Shown piece by piece: positions 19,750-29,456 of a DNA stretch of 64,000 nt. Each line of letters opens with the position of its first letter. Positions within the stretch are counted from its first letter, which is position 1. The DNA lies in assembly GCA_964445575.1 (NCBI GenBank), contig CAYULB010000002.1:158-64157 (forward strand), read 5' to 3'. The notes below the pieces were generated by a model. The model did no database searches. It worked only from the letters and a program-made list of their open reading frames with translations, and was not told where the DNA came from. The position numbers and the translations under genes are program-made. Source of the stretch: an uncultured Eubacteriales bacterium. GTDB lineage: Bacteria > Acidobacteriota > Aminicenantia > Aminicenantales > Aminicenantaceae.

Positions 19750-20167
19750 TTTTATTCCCTGAAGATTTCTCTTGGATAAGCGGGTCTTTACTCAGCGCAT
19801 CCAGAATACCGTTCACAAACTTTGCAGATTCATTACTGCCAAACTTCTTTGCCAGCTCCACAGCCTCGTTTATCACAACGGCAGCAGCTATCTCTTTTTC
19901 AAAAAGCAGTTCATAAACAGCCAGCCTCAAGATGTTTCTGTCTATATAGAGCATTCTGGAAACACGCCAGTTTTCAGAATAGGACTGAATCAAGGAGTCT
20001 ATTTTTTCTCTATGGGAAACTACCCCTTTTGTCAGCCTCTGGCTGTATTCAGCTCCACCCTTATTTCTTCCCTGGAAATGACTTAAAGCCACATCCTCTG
20101 GGGTATCATTAAATTCCAATTGGAATAAAATCTGAAGGGCCGTCTCCCTGGATTCTCGTCTCCCCAT
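19742..20167 (-). CDS. nusB: Transcription antitermination factor NusB
   Basis: RRESRETALQILFQLEF N-terminus, 141 aa, ribH-nusB synteny. Confidence 0.9.
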   Translation of the reverse strand: MGRRESRETALQILFQLEFNDTPEDVALSHFQGRNKGGAEYSQRLTKGVVSHREKIDSLIQSYSENWRVSRMLYIDRNILRLAVYELLFEKEIAAAVVINEAVELAKKFGSNESAKFVNGILDALSKDPLIQEKSSGNKNG

Positions 20168-20188
20168 TCTCTGCAGCCAAAAAAAATG

Positions 20189-20659
20189 TCAGCCCAGGTC
20201 CGCTTCTCTAAGCAAATTCAAGGTCTCAATAAGAGCAAAAGCGGAATCATATCCTTTATTTCCTGCTTTTGTTCCAGCTCTTTCGATTCCCTGTTCAATG
20301 GTATCCACAGTCAGAATGCCAAAAGATACAGGTATTCCCAAATCCATAGAGATCTGAGCCAATCCCTTTGTCACTTCAGCACTCAAGTACTCAAAATGAG
20401 GAGTGTCTCCCCGAATCAGAGCTCCCAGACAAAGAATCCCATCCACTTTCTTGGATTCTGCCAGCTTTTTGGTTACCACAGGGATTTCAAAAGAACCAGG
20501 GACTTTATATACAGAAATACTGCTCTTATCTGCCCCCAGTTTCTCCAATGCATCCAATGCACCTTCCAGCAGCCTCTCTGAGATAAACTGATTGTAACGG
20601 CTCACTACGATCCCAATGTTCAGACCTTCGGCTTTTAATTTTCCCTGGAATGTATCCAT
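20189..20659 (-). CDS. ribH: 6,7-dimethyl-8-ribityllumazine synthase
   Basis: IGIVVSRYNQFISERLLEGA, VPGSFEIPV, LGALIRGDTPHFEY. Confidence 0.92.
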   Translation of the reverse strand: MDTFQGKLKAEGLNIGIVVSRYNQFISERLLEGALDALEKLGADKSSISVYKVPGSFEIPVVTKKLAESKKVDGILCLGALIRGDTPHFEYLSAEVTKGLAQISMDLGIPVSFGILTVDTIEQGIERAGTKAGNKGYDSAFALIETLNLLREADLG

Positions 20660-20671
20660 TTTTTTCTCCCT

Positions 20672-21457
20672 TTAATTGCCTTTAAAATTAGGTTTTCTTT
20701 TCTCTAGAAAAGCTTTGGTTCCTTCCTTGCTGTCCTCAGTGGCACAGGTCTTCCCAAAAAGTTCTGCCTCTAAAAGCAGCCCTTTATCCAATGGCTTTTC
20801 TAAGCCTTTATTTATTGACTCTATTCCATATTCTAAGGCTTTGGGCCCGTTGGCTGCTATTTTCTGAGCTAATTTTTTACAGGTCGTTAACAGCTCCTCT
20901 TGCGGCACAACCTCATTTACCAAACCAATCCGGTAGGCTTCCTGAACATCGATTGTTTTTCCGGTTAGAATCATTTCCATGGCCACTCCCTTTCCTACCA
21001 ATCTGGGCAGTCTTTGGGTTCCTCCAAATCCGGGAATAAGGCCCAGCTTCACTTCAGGCTGCCCCATTTTTGCATTCTCAGAAGCAATGCGGATATGGCA
21101 GGCTAAAGACAATTCTGTTCCTCCGCCTAAAGCAAATCCATTGATGGCAGCAATAACAGGCTTTTTGAAGTTTTCAATCAAACTCATCAATCTCTGACCT
21201 TCCAGCACATATTTTTTACCCGATGAACGGTCCAGCTCTGAGAGCTCCTTTATATCAGCTCCGGCTACAAAAGCTTTTTCTCCGGAACCCGTCAGCAGCA
21301 CGGCTTTCACCTCATCATCACTCTGAAAAGAGGCAAAAGCATCCAGCAGTTCTTTTACTGTCTCTTGATTTAAAGCATTCAACTTATCGGGCCTGTTGAT
21401 GACAATCAAACCAATGTTATTTTCTTTTTCAGTTTTTAAATTTTTATAGTGTCCCAT
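20672..21457 (-). CDS. Enoyl-CoA hydratase (crotonase family)
   Basis: INRPDKLNALN, FVAGADIKE, AAINGFALGGGTELSLACHIRIAS. Confidence 0.85.
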   Translation of the reverse strand: MGHYKNLKTEKENNIGLIVINRPDKLNALNQETVKELLDAFASFQSDDEVKAVLLTGSGEKAFVAGADIKELSELDRSSGKKYVLEGQRLMSLIENFKKPVIAAINGFALGGGTELSLACHIRIASENAKMGQPEVKLGLIPGFGGTQRLPRLVGKGVAMEMILTGKTIDVQEAYRIGLVNEVVPQEELLTTCKKLAQKIAANGPKALEYGIESINKGLEKPLDKGLLLEAELFGKTCATEDSKEGTKAFLEKRKPNFKGN

Positions 21458-21478
21458 TTTTTATCTCCTTTCTTATCA

Positions 21479-22609
21479 TTATCCAATATTTTTTTGATAA
21501 ATTCTGTATTTCTTATAAATCCGCCCTCCGATAGACATAACAAACTTATTCACTGGTTCATTGTCTTCAAGCTGCCAGGAAGTCTCAGCCCATTTGTATC
21601 CTTTTTTTAGGGCATTTTTATACAATCTGGAATAAAGAAGATAGCTCAGTCCAGTCATCCTGTATTCTCTAACAATTCCAAATACCAAAACTCTTATTCC
21701 CTTTATTTTTCTCTTCTTCAGAAGGAACTTGATGAATCCAAAAGGAAATAAGCGTCCGTTCATATCCTTGAGTACTTCATTGTAATTGGGAAGAGCAAAA
21801 CCAAAACCCACCGGTCTTCCGTTTTCTTCTGCCAGGACAATTATGTCTGGATCCGCAATTTGCTTTAGTTTTTTTGCCATATGTTTCATCTCTTTTTCAG
21901 TCCACGGCACAAATCCCCAGTTGTTCTCCCAACCTTGATTGTAAATAGACTTGATTTTTCCAGCTTCTTCTTCCACTTTTTTTAAATCAACACTTCTCAG
22001 GTTGACACTTGTTTGCCTTTCTATTTTTTTCACTATGGTTTCTAACTTCTTATTGGCCATTTCGTTTTCTTCCATAAGAAAAGCATACAGGTCCCTGATT
22101 TTTTTCATCCCGTATTTTTCCATGAGTTCAAGATAATACGGGGGATTGTAAGGCATCATGACTGCTGGAGGAGAATCAAAACCCTCCAGCAAAAAGGCAC
22201 ATTCATCATTTAACGACGCATTTACCGGACCTCTGAGAACATTCATGCCTCTTTCTTTGCCCCACTCACAAACTCTATCCAGGAGGGCCTTTGTGACATC
22301 CGGGTCATTGAAACTTTCATAGAAACCAAAAAACACTATTTTCTCATTATGACGGCTGTTGTGATTTTCATCTAAAATAGCCGCCACTCTTCCCTTTAAT
22401 CTTCCCTCATCATAGGCCAAAAAAAGGTCCATATCCGCATGTTCAAAAAAAGAGTGCTTATTTTTGTCAAGCTTCTCTTTGACATCAGAGAGCAGAGGAG
22501 GAACCCAATTGGAATCATCTTCATAGACTTTCCACGGAAATCGGAGAAAGACTTTTTTGTCTTTTTTGGACTCAACTTTTTTTATCTGAATATCATTCAT
22601 TTTGATCAC
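21479..22609 (-). CDS. Conserved hypothetical protein, probably GNAT-fold acyltransferase-like
   Basis: 376 aa. The N-terminal FLRFPWKVYEDDSNWVPPLL pattern and overall layout resemble a widespread uncharacterised N-acetyltransferase-annotated family. Weak, memory-based. Confidence 0.35.
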   Translation of the reverse strand: MIKMNDIQIKKVESKKDKKVFLRFPWKVYEDDSNWVPPLLSDVKEKLDKNKHSFFEHADMDLFLAYDEGRLKGRVAAILDENHNSRHNEKIVFFGFYESFNDPDVTKALLDRVCEWGKERGMNVLRGPVNASLNDECAFLLEGFDSPPAVMMPYNPPYYLELMEKYGMKKIRDLYAFLMEENEMANKKLETIVKKIERQTSVNLRSVDLKKVEEEAGKIKSIYNQGWENNWGFVPWTEKEMKHMAKKLKQIADPDIIVLAEENGRPVGFGFALPNYNEVLKDMNGRLFPFGFIKFLLKKRKIKGIRVLVFGIVREYRMTGLSYLLYSRLYKNALKKGYKWAETSWQLEDNEPVNKFVMSIGGRIYKKYRIYQKNIG

Positions 22610-22879
22610 TCCTGGTCCAATCTGGATTGTTCCTCAGGCTCATTCACTAAGCCTCCATCTTTTTCGTGAACAGTTTTGGTTTAAGTTATCTTATCAAATA
22701 AAGAATCTTTTTGCACGAAGATTTTCTTGGGCATAGGACCCCCTTTACAGGCATTCTATGCTATTTTTGGGGTTCTGCCAGTTTCGCTCAAATAATTTGA
22801 GGTTAAATGGTTTTTATGTTAAAAAGATTAAACAAAACATTTTAAAAATTCGCCTTTGATTATAAGAAAGGAACTTAAG

Positions 22880-25309
22880 ATGAAATCCGCATCTCATTTC
22901 AAAGAATTGCCGAAAGAAAAGCTTTATAAAGGAATTCATCCTGATTCCATCCCGTTTAAAACCACTGATGAGTGTAAAAAATGCGATGAAATCATTGGTC
23001 AAAAAAGAGCCTTGAAATCCATCCAGACAGGACTGGACATCAAAAGCCGGGGCTACAACATTTTTATAACGGGAATGGTCGGAACAGGGAGAACCACAAC
23101 CATAAAAAAATTCCTGGACAAAATTGAGAAAACCAAAGCCAGGCCTGATGATATTCTTTATGTCCACAATTTCAAATCTCCTGACGAACCCACTCTCATC
23201 AAACTCCCTTCTGGAGAAGGAAAGCTCTTCAGAGAAGACATGAATAATCTGATCAATGTATTGAAAAGAGATATTCCGGAACTTTTAAAAAGTAAGTTTT
23301 ACACCGATAAAAGAAACAGTATTGTGGAAGGACAGCAGAAAAAGCAAAAGAAACTCCTTCAGGAATTTGAGGATGAAGTATCCAAGGAAGGATTCACAGT
23401 CATTCAAGTTCAGGTCGGCACTTTTGTCAAACCCGATCTGGTTCCCGTGATTGACAAAAAACCAACTCCCTTTGAAAAACTCGCTCAGCTGGTCAAGGAA
23501 GATAAATTCTCAAAAAAAGAGTTTAACGAGCTCAAGAAAAAATATGAAGCTTTGACCGAAAAGCTGGAGGAAGTGTTCAGCAAACTTAAAAAAATTGAAG
23601 AAGAAACTCATGACAAACTAAAAAAATGGGATGAAAAATCCATCATTCCTGTCATCAAAGAAATCGTTTCTAAGGTCCGGGGTAAACATGAGTCAAAGAA
23701 AGTTCAAAAGTATCTGGATTATGTGGAAGAAGAGCTTACGAAAAATATTGACCTTTTTAAAAGTCAAAAGGCCCAGCAAAGAGAAAAACTTCCCATTGAT
23801 CCCTTTATCAAATACAGGGTCAATCTGTTGGTAGACAACTCTGAACTAGAGGGAGCTCCCATCATAATGGAAAACAATCCCAATTATGTAAATCTGTTCG
23901 GATCCATTGAATCCAGCATGAACCGATTTGGTATGCTGCAAACAGATTTCACAAAGATAAGAGCGGGCTCTTTATTAAAGGCAAACGGAGGTTACATTGT
24001 AATCAGTGCCTTAGATGCTCTGCTGGAGCCAGGGGTCTGGCCTTCCTTAAAAAGAACACTCAAATACCAGACTTTAGAAATTCAGAATTATTCCTCTCTT
24101 TTTCTCTTTTCTACTAAGGGGCCAAAACCAGAGCCCATAGATATCAATGTCAAAGTTATATTCATTGGAGACGATTTCATTTATGACCTTCTTTATTATC
24201 AGGACGTGGACTTCAAGAAAATATTCAAGATAAAAGCAGAATTTGATTCTGAGACTAACCTGACCAAAGAAACCATACAAGACTATTCTGATTTTGCCAA
24301 AAAAATCATCGACGAAGACGGATTAAAACCCATGGATAAAAATGGAATGGCAGCTCTCATTGAACAGTGCATAAGGATGTCAGGAAGACAGAAAAAAGTA
24401 ACCACCCGCTTCCATCATGTGGCAGACATCATACGGGAGGCCAATTACAGGGCTAAAAAATCTAGGGCAAAAATAGTGAGCCGGAAGCATATTGAAAAAG
24501 CAGTTGAGGAACGTTTTGAGAGAGTCAGCCTAGTGGAAGACAAAATCCAGGAGATGATCGAAGAAGGCACTCTCATGATCGATACCTCTGGATCAAAGGT
24601 CGGCCAGGTCAATGGTCTTTCTGTTTACAGTTTGGGGCAGTTCTATTTTGGCAAACCAACCCGAATCACTGCCACCACAGCGGTGGGCCGCGCAGGAGTC
24701 ATCAATATCGAAAGAGAAGCTGACCTCAGCGGAAGGACCCACAATAAAGGAGTTCTCATTCTTGCAGGATATCTCAGAAACAAATATGCCAAAAATAAGC
24801 CATTTGCCCTTTCCGCCAGCCTAGCATTTGAACAGTCATACTCTGGGGTAGATGGAGACAGTGCTTCTTCAACCGAAGTTTATGCCATACTCTCGAGCTT
24901 ATCAAATCTTCCCCTCAGACAGGATATTGCTGTGACCGGCTCTCTCAATCAAAAAGGTGAAATCCAGCCTATTGGAGCTGTAAACGAAAAGATCGAAGGG
25001 TTTTATGATGTCTGCAAATCAAAAAAACTCACCGGCAAACAGGGAGTGATCATTCCTAAAGAAAACATTAAAAACCTGATGTTGAGGAGAGACATTGTGG
25101 AGGTAGCTGAAAAAGGAAATTTCCATATCTACCCTGTAGAAACCATTGACGAAGGCATAGAAATCCTGACCAGCATAAAAGCTGGGAAACAGAAAAAAGA
25201 CGGGAGTTTTGAAAAGGATACCGTCAATTATCTTGTGGATAAGGAACTCGAGCGGCTGGCTGAGAGCTGGAAAAAATTTTCTGCTCCAGAGAAAAAAAAC
25301 AAAATTTAG
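22880..25309 (+). CDS. Lon-like protease (LonB/LonC-type, COG1067-like) with a coiled-coil insertion
   Basis: P-loop-like GMVGTGRTT and a long K/E-rich coiled-coil segment. C-terminal Lon proteolytic domain has VDGDSASSTE (Ser) and GAVNEKIEG (Lys). I moved the start to ATG 22880 (RBS AAAGGAA) from the ORF-track 22856. Confidence 0.8.
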   Translation: MKSASHFKELPKEKLYKGIHPDSIPFKTTDECKKCDEIIGQKRALKSIQTGLDIKSRGYNIFITGMVGTGRTTTIKKFLDKIEKTKARPDDILYVHNFKSPDEPTLIKLPSGEGKLFREDMNNLINVLKRDIPELLKSKFYTDKRNSIVEGQQKKQKKLLQEFEDEVSKEGFTVIQVQVGTFVKPDLVPVIDKKPTPFEKLAQLVKEDKFSKKEFNELKKKYEALTEKLEEVFSKLKKIEEETHDKLKKWDEKSIIPVIKEIVSKVRGKHESKKVQKYLDYVEEELTKNIDLFKSQKAQQREKLPIDPFIKYRVNLLVDNSELEGAPIIMENNPNYVNLFGSIESSMNRFGMLQTDFTKIRAGSLLKANGGYIVISALDALLEPGVWPSLKRTLKYQTLEIQNYSSLFLFSTKGPKPEPIDINVKVIFIGDDFIYDLLYYQDVDFKKIFKIKAEFDSETNLTKETIQDYSDFAKKIIDEDGLKPMDKNGMAALIEQCIRMSGRQKKVTTRFHHVADIIREANYRAKKSRAKIVSRKHIEKAVEERFERVSLVEDKIQEMIEEGTLMIDTSGSKVGQVNGLSVYSLGQFYFGKPTRITATTAVGRAGVINIEREADLSGRTHNKGVLILAGYLRNKYAKNKPFALSASLAFEQSYSGVDGDSASSTEVYAILSSLSNLPLRQDIAVTGSLNQKGEIQPIGAVNEKIEGFYDVCKSKKLTGKQGVIIPKENIKNLMLRRDIVEVAEKGNFHIYPVETIDEGIEILTSIKAGKQKKDGSFEKDTVNYLVDKELERLAESWKKFSAPEKKNKI

Positions 25310-25322
25310 CCATACCTAAATT

Positions 25323-26054
25323 TTATCTTAAGTGACTCTGTTTGAGCTTTTTGATTTCATTCGGGGTAAGATGACGCCATTTTCCTCTATCTAATTTCCC
25401 TAATTTCAAATCAGCAAATTGGATCCGCTTCAATCTTACCACCTGACAGCCTACAGCTTGAAACATTCTCCTTATCACTCTTTTTCTTCCTTCATGGATT
25501 TCTACTCTTAAAAGACAAGAATCCGGTTCCTTTCTGATTAATTCAATCTGATCCGGGAAAGTTTTTCGGTTATCTAAGAACACTCCTTCTGACAGTGTTT
25601 TTAAGTGCGGGCTTTTCAAATGTCCTTTTATCCAAACTTCATAGACTTTTCTGATATTATACCGGGGATGCATGAGATGATGGGCAAATTCTCCGTCATT
25701 GGTTAAAATAAGAAGTCCCTCGCTGTTTAAATCCAGCCTTCCCACCGGGAAAAGACGCACACCTAGATCCGGGAGAATCTCTTTTACAGTGGGGCGGTTG
25801 AAAGGGTCGTCCAGAGTGACCAAATATCCGGGGGGTTTATGGAGAATTAAATAACATTTTTTCTCAGACCTGACTTCTTTCCTATCCACTTCGACTTTGT
25901 CTTCCTCAATATTGATTTTTGTTCCCAGCCGGGTCTCTACTCTTCCATTGACCTTGACTCTTCCCTGCTCAATCAGCTGATCAGCCTTCCTCCTTGAGGT
26001 CACACCTGCTCTGGCTATAAATTTATTCAAACGCAATTTAACCTGACCTATCAC
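25323..26054 (-). CDS. rluB: Pseudouridine synthase, RsuA/RluB family
   Basis: S4 domain RLNKFIARAGVTSRRKADQLI and catalytic GRLDLNSEGLLILTNDG. The start is ambiguous: GTG 26054 or TTG 26036. The first six ORF-track codons are repeat-element sequence. Confidence 0.85.
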   Translation of the reverse strand: MIGQVKLRLNKFIARAGVTSRRKADQLIEQGRVKVNGRVETRLGTKINIEEDKVEVDRKEVRSEKKCYLILHKPPGYLVTLDDPFNRPTVKEILPDLGVRLFPVGRLDLNSEGLLILTNDGEFAHHLMHPRYNIRKVYEVWIKGHLKSPHLKTLSEGVFLDNRKTFPDQIELIRKEPDSCLLRVEIHEGRKRVIRRMFQAVGCQVVRLKRIQFADLKLGKLDRGKWRHLTPNEIKKLKQSHLR

Positions 26055-26125
26055 TTGGGATACAGCGATGTTTTCATTAATATTCTCATTTAAGCGGTAA
26101 GCAAGACCTTTTCAAATAAAGTTGA
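26042..26125 (-). repeat. Truncated copy (promoter-proximal end only) of the intergenic repeat family
   Basis: In sense orientation it reads ...TGAAAAGGTCTTGCTTACCGCTTAAATGAGAATATTAATGAAAACATCGCTGTATCCCAAGTGATAGGTCAGG + TTAA. It is collinear with 59620..59693, including the identical 11-mer AAAACATCGCT and the end ATAGGTCAGG. Confidence 0.6.
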
Positions 26126-26149
26126 GCTTATGTGAAAAAGAAATTATAT

Positions 26150-26713
26150 TTAAAAGTAAAAGTTAAAACCGCCGCTAAAAGTAAAATCCTGAACATTGAA
26201 ATCCAGGTTGTCCAAATTAAAATTAAGGTTCTGGTATTTCCCCTCTGCTAAAATGGAAAACTTACTCCCGATATGGACTTCCAGGCCAGCTCCTGCGTTC
26301 AGCTTTCTGACCGTGTCTTTATCAATAGTTGAGATGTCCGCAGTATAATATCCATAACCCACCGTGACATAAGGATGGATAATGACAATGGGAAAAAACC
26401 ATTTAAAATTAAGGCCTAAATAATTGTAAGCCACTTCCCGTTCATTCCATCCGAAAGGAGCCAACTGCGCAAGGTCTAAATTGTGAGCTGCTTGAAAATA
26501 ATCGACTTCCAGCCCCAGCATGGCAATTTTTACCCCGGCTCTCACTCCGTAAAGAAAGGTGGTGTCAGTATCCAGCTTGACATCCTCGAGAGTGGGTTTG
26601 GGGGCTGAAATCCCCAGATGGGGACCGATATAAATTCCTGTCTGTGCATTTACGTGAGGCACAAAAACTGCCATAAAAAAAACCACCCAACAGAAAATTG
26701 ATATCTTTTTCAT
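26150..26713 (-). CDS. Small outer-membrane beta-barrel protein
   Basis: Signal peptide MKKISIFCWVVFFMAVFVPHVNA, alternating beta-strand pattern, C-terminal GGFNFYF. Start chosen at ATG 26713 (RBS AAGGGA); the ORF track extends to 26764. Confidence 0.6.
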   Translation of the reverse strand: MKKISIFCWVVFFMAVFVPHVNAQTGIYIGPHLGISAPKPTLEDVKLDTDTTFLYGVRAGVKIAMLGLEVDYFQAAHNLDLAQLAPFGWNEREVAYNYLGLNFKWFFPIVIIHPYVTVGYGYYTADISTIDKDTVRKLNAGAGLEVHIGSKFSILAEGKYQNLNFNLDNLDFNVQDFTFSGGFNFYF

Positions 26714-26818
26714 ATTCATTCCCTTTGAATCGATTTGCTCAATGCTTTTGGTTATTTTACTCAAACACTAAAAAAATAGCAATGGAATGCAGATAAAGGA
26801 TAAGAAAAATAACCTGAA

Positions 26819-28066
26819 CTATTCATAACGAAGGGATACCATGGGGTCCACTCTAGCTGCTTTCTGAGCTGGAAATATGCCAAAGAAGAGTCCCACTGAT
26901 ACAGACACGAAAAGCCCCAGACCTACGGACCACAGAGTGACTGTTGCCGGCAGAGGGGTGGTGACTCTTACCAGCAAAGCAACTGCAAATCCTATGAGAA
27001 GGCCGGCGGTCCCTCCGACTCCAGTTAATATTATGGATTCTATAAGAAATTGGTTCTGGATATCAGAAGAGCGCGCCCCAATGGCTTTGCGTATCCCTAT
27101 TTCTCTGGTCCTTTCTTTGACCGTTACCAGCATAATATTCATGACTCCAATTCCCCCTACCAACAAACCGATAGAGGAAATCACAATCATCACAAGATAA
27201 GCGGCGCCAGTTAACTGGTTATAAAGGTCAAGGATAGTTCCCTGCCCATAGATAGCAAAGTCATTGGGTTTGCCTACGGGAACTTTTCTTCTCTGGCGGA
27301 GGACATTGATGATCTGGTCTTTAGCTTCTTCATAAAATTCATGCTTTTGAGGAACAGCTACAATCTCAATACTGCTCAAATCATAGGGAAAGTGCTTCAT
27401 GGCCGTGGTCAAGGGAATCGCTGCAATATTATCCCTGCTCTGCCCAAACATAGCCCCCCTTTTTTCCATCTGCCCTATGACTGTGAATCTGTGTGCTCCG
27501 ATCCTGATCTCTTTTCCTATAGGATCTGTATGGGGAAACAGAGCTTCTTTAACATCAGCCCCTAGAACACACACCTTGGTGCGGTGAATCATATCAGATT
27601 CTGAAATGAAACGTCCTCTCTCAGGAAGATAAACAGAAATGACACTGGGAAAGCTTTCATTCATGCCGATAATGATGGTATCTGTGGATTCTGTCCCCCG
27701 ATATTTAATGGGAATGCTCTCGAACAAGGATACCGTGAGGTCAACACCCACTGCTTTGACCAAAGGACATTCCCTTTTTATAGCCATGGCATCCTCAAAG
27801 GTCAGGTCTTTTCTCTGCCTTCCTTCTTCGGACATATTCCCCACATTGATCCCGGGTTCATACTTGCTGATCATGATTACGTCTGGTCCTACAGATTCCA
27901 GCTCACTGAGAAAAGATTTGTTCAGCCCCTGTACCACTGAAACCATAGCTATCACAGTCATGACTCCAATCATGATTCCCAGAAGAGTAAGAAATGACCT
28001 GAGTTTATGGGAAATGATAGATTCCAGGGACATCTGAAACACGTCTTTTAGAATTCCTATTTTCAT
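26819..28066 (-). CDS. ABC transporter permease, MacB/FtsX type
   Basis: N-terminal TM helix, MacB-like periplasmic core, C-terminal FtsX four-helix module (RTREIGIRKAIGA). Confidence 0.85.
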   Translation of the reverse strand: MKIGILKDVFQMSLESIISHKLRSFLTLLGIMIGVMTVIAMVSVVQGLNKSFLSELESVGPDVIMISKYEPGINVGNMSEEGRQRKDLTFEDAMAIKRECPLVKAVGVDLTVSLFESIPIKYRGTESTDTIIIGMNESFPSVISVYLPERGRFISESDMIHRTKVCVLGADVKEALFPHTDPIGKEIRIGAHRFTVIGQMEKRGAMFGQSRDNIAAIPLTTAMKHFPYDLSSIEIVAVPQKHEFYEEAKDQIINVLRQRRKVPVGKPNDFAIYGQGTILDLYNQLTGAAYLVMIVISSIGLLVGGIGVMNIMLVTVKERTREIGIRKAIGARSSDIQNQFLIESIILTGVGGTAGLLIGFAVALLVRVTTPLPATVTLWSVGLGLFVSVSVGLFFGIFPAQKAARVDPMVSLRYE

Positions 28067-29298
28067 AGACTCGACCTCAATGCTTCTATGGGATCCTGCC
28101 TGGATGCCTTATTTGCTGGATAAATGCCGAAAAAAATTCCTATGGATGCAGATACCACCACAGCCACTACAATAGACACAGGGTCTACACGGGAAGGAAG
28201 CGCGGTGGCCGAAGAGATGATTTTGGCCAAGACAAAACCGAGAATGATCCCAATACTTCCTCCAATAGTGGATAAAGTCGCAGCCTCAATAAGGAACTGA
28301 AAAAGAATGTCAATTCTTCTTGCTCCCACGGCCATTCTAATTCCTATTTCATTGATCCTTTCTGTTACCGAGACCAGCATGATATTCATGACCACGATTC
28401 CCCCTACTATGAGAGCTAAAGAAGAGATAGCAATCATGGCAAAATAAATCCCTGTGGTGGCGCTTTTATATATCTGAATGAACTGGTCTGAGGTCTGAAA
28501 TGAAAAGTCATCCGGCTTGTCAAAGGGAATATGTCTTTTAGTCCTTAAAATAGTCCTCACTTCTTCCTGGGCCAGAATCATTTGTTCCTGAGATTGAGTG
28601 TGTATATTTATGTTGATGGTCCTTCGTGATCCGTAAGCTTTATGGAATGTGGTTATGGGAATACGGACATAATTGTCCTGACTCATTCCCAATATCTTTC
28701 CCTTTGCTTTGGCAGCTCCAATGACCCTGAAGTGATGATTTCCAACTTTGATCCATTTCCCAAGAGGATTGACGTAGGGGAACAGGTTTTCTGAAACATC
28801 TGCCCCTATCACACACACTCTGTGTGAATGGTCTTCCATTTCCTTCAGAATGTGGTGTCCGTATTCAAGCTCTTCCACGCTTCCGATCAAATGATCCACA
28901 TAAGTAGCGCCTCTTACTGAGACATCCTTTAAAGACCGGCCTTTGTATTTGACTGTACGGCTGGTGCTCAGCGTGGCTCCAACCAGTTCACAGTATTTAC
29001 ATTGATCTCGGATGAGCCTCATATCATCCAGAGTCAGGTCCTTTCTTTTGAGCTGTTCTCGATAATCCTGAAGAGAGGTCCCCACAAACGAAAACTTCGA
29101 TACAGAAAAGTCATTAGCTCCATAAAAAGACATCTTTTCATAAACATAATCATTAAGACCCTGAATGATCGAAACCACAGCAATAATGGTGAGAACCCCG
29201 ATTATGATCCCGAGGAGGGTAAGAAATGTCCTTAATTTATTCCCCCACAGAGAACTGATCGACATGGAAATGGATTCACTGATATGCACTCTTGCCAT
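28063..29298 (-). CDS. ABC transporter permease, MacB/FtsX type (paralog of the downstream gene)
   Basis: Same architecture (RINEIGIRMAVGA). 4-nt overlap with 26819..28066. Confidence 0.85.
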   Translation of the reverse strand: MARVHISESISMSISSLWGNKLRTFLTLLGIIIGVLTIIAVVSIIQGLNDYVYEKMSFYGANDFSVSKFSFVGTSLQDYREQLKRKDLTLDDMRLIRDQCKYCELVGATLSTSRTVKYKGRSLKDVSVRGATYVDHLIGSVEELEYGHHILKEMEDHSHRVCVIGADVSENLFPYVNPLGKWIKVGNHHFRVIGAAKAKGKILGMSQDNYVRIPITTFHKAYGSRRTININIHTQSQEQMILAQEEVRTILRTKRHIPFDKPDDFSFQTSDQFIQIYKSATTGIYFAMIAISSLALIVGGIVVMNIMLVSVTERINEIGIRMAVGARRIDILFQFLIEAATLSTIGGSIGIILGFVLAKIISSATALPSRVDPVSIVVAVVVSASIGIFFGIYPANKASRQDPIEALRSSL

Positions 29299-29456
29299 TT
29301 TCTTTGATTTCCTGCTAAACTTCTCTTTCTAATTCAGATAAAATAGATTTTAATTCTACAATATTCCTACGAAATGAAAAAGAAAAGGTTCAAATCAGAG
29401 CCAGGTTCATTAAATCAGTATAATAAAATCGGGATAATAAAAACAGGAGGAAACTA

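Noticed and set aside
20660-20671. FMN riboswitch upstream of ribH
   Set aside because: Only 12 nt separate ribH from the preceding crotonase gene. ribH is internal to a long operon, and no RFN-like structure can fit.
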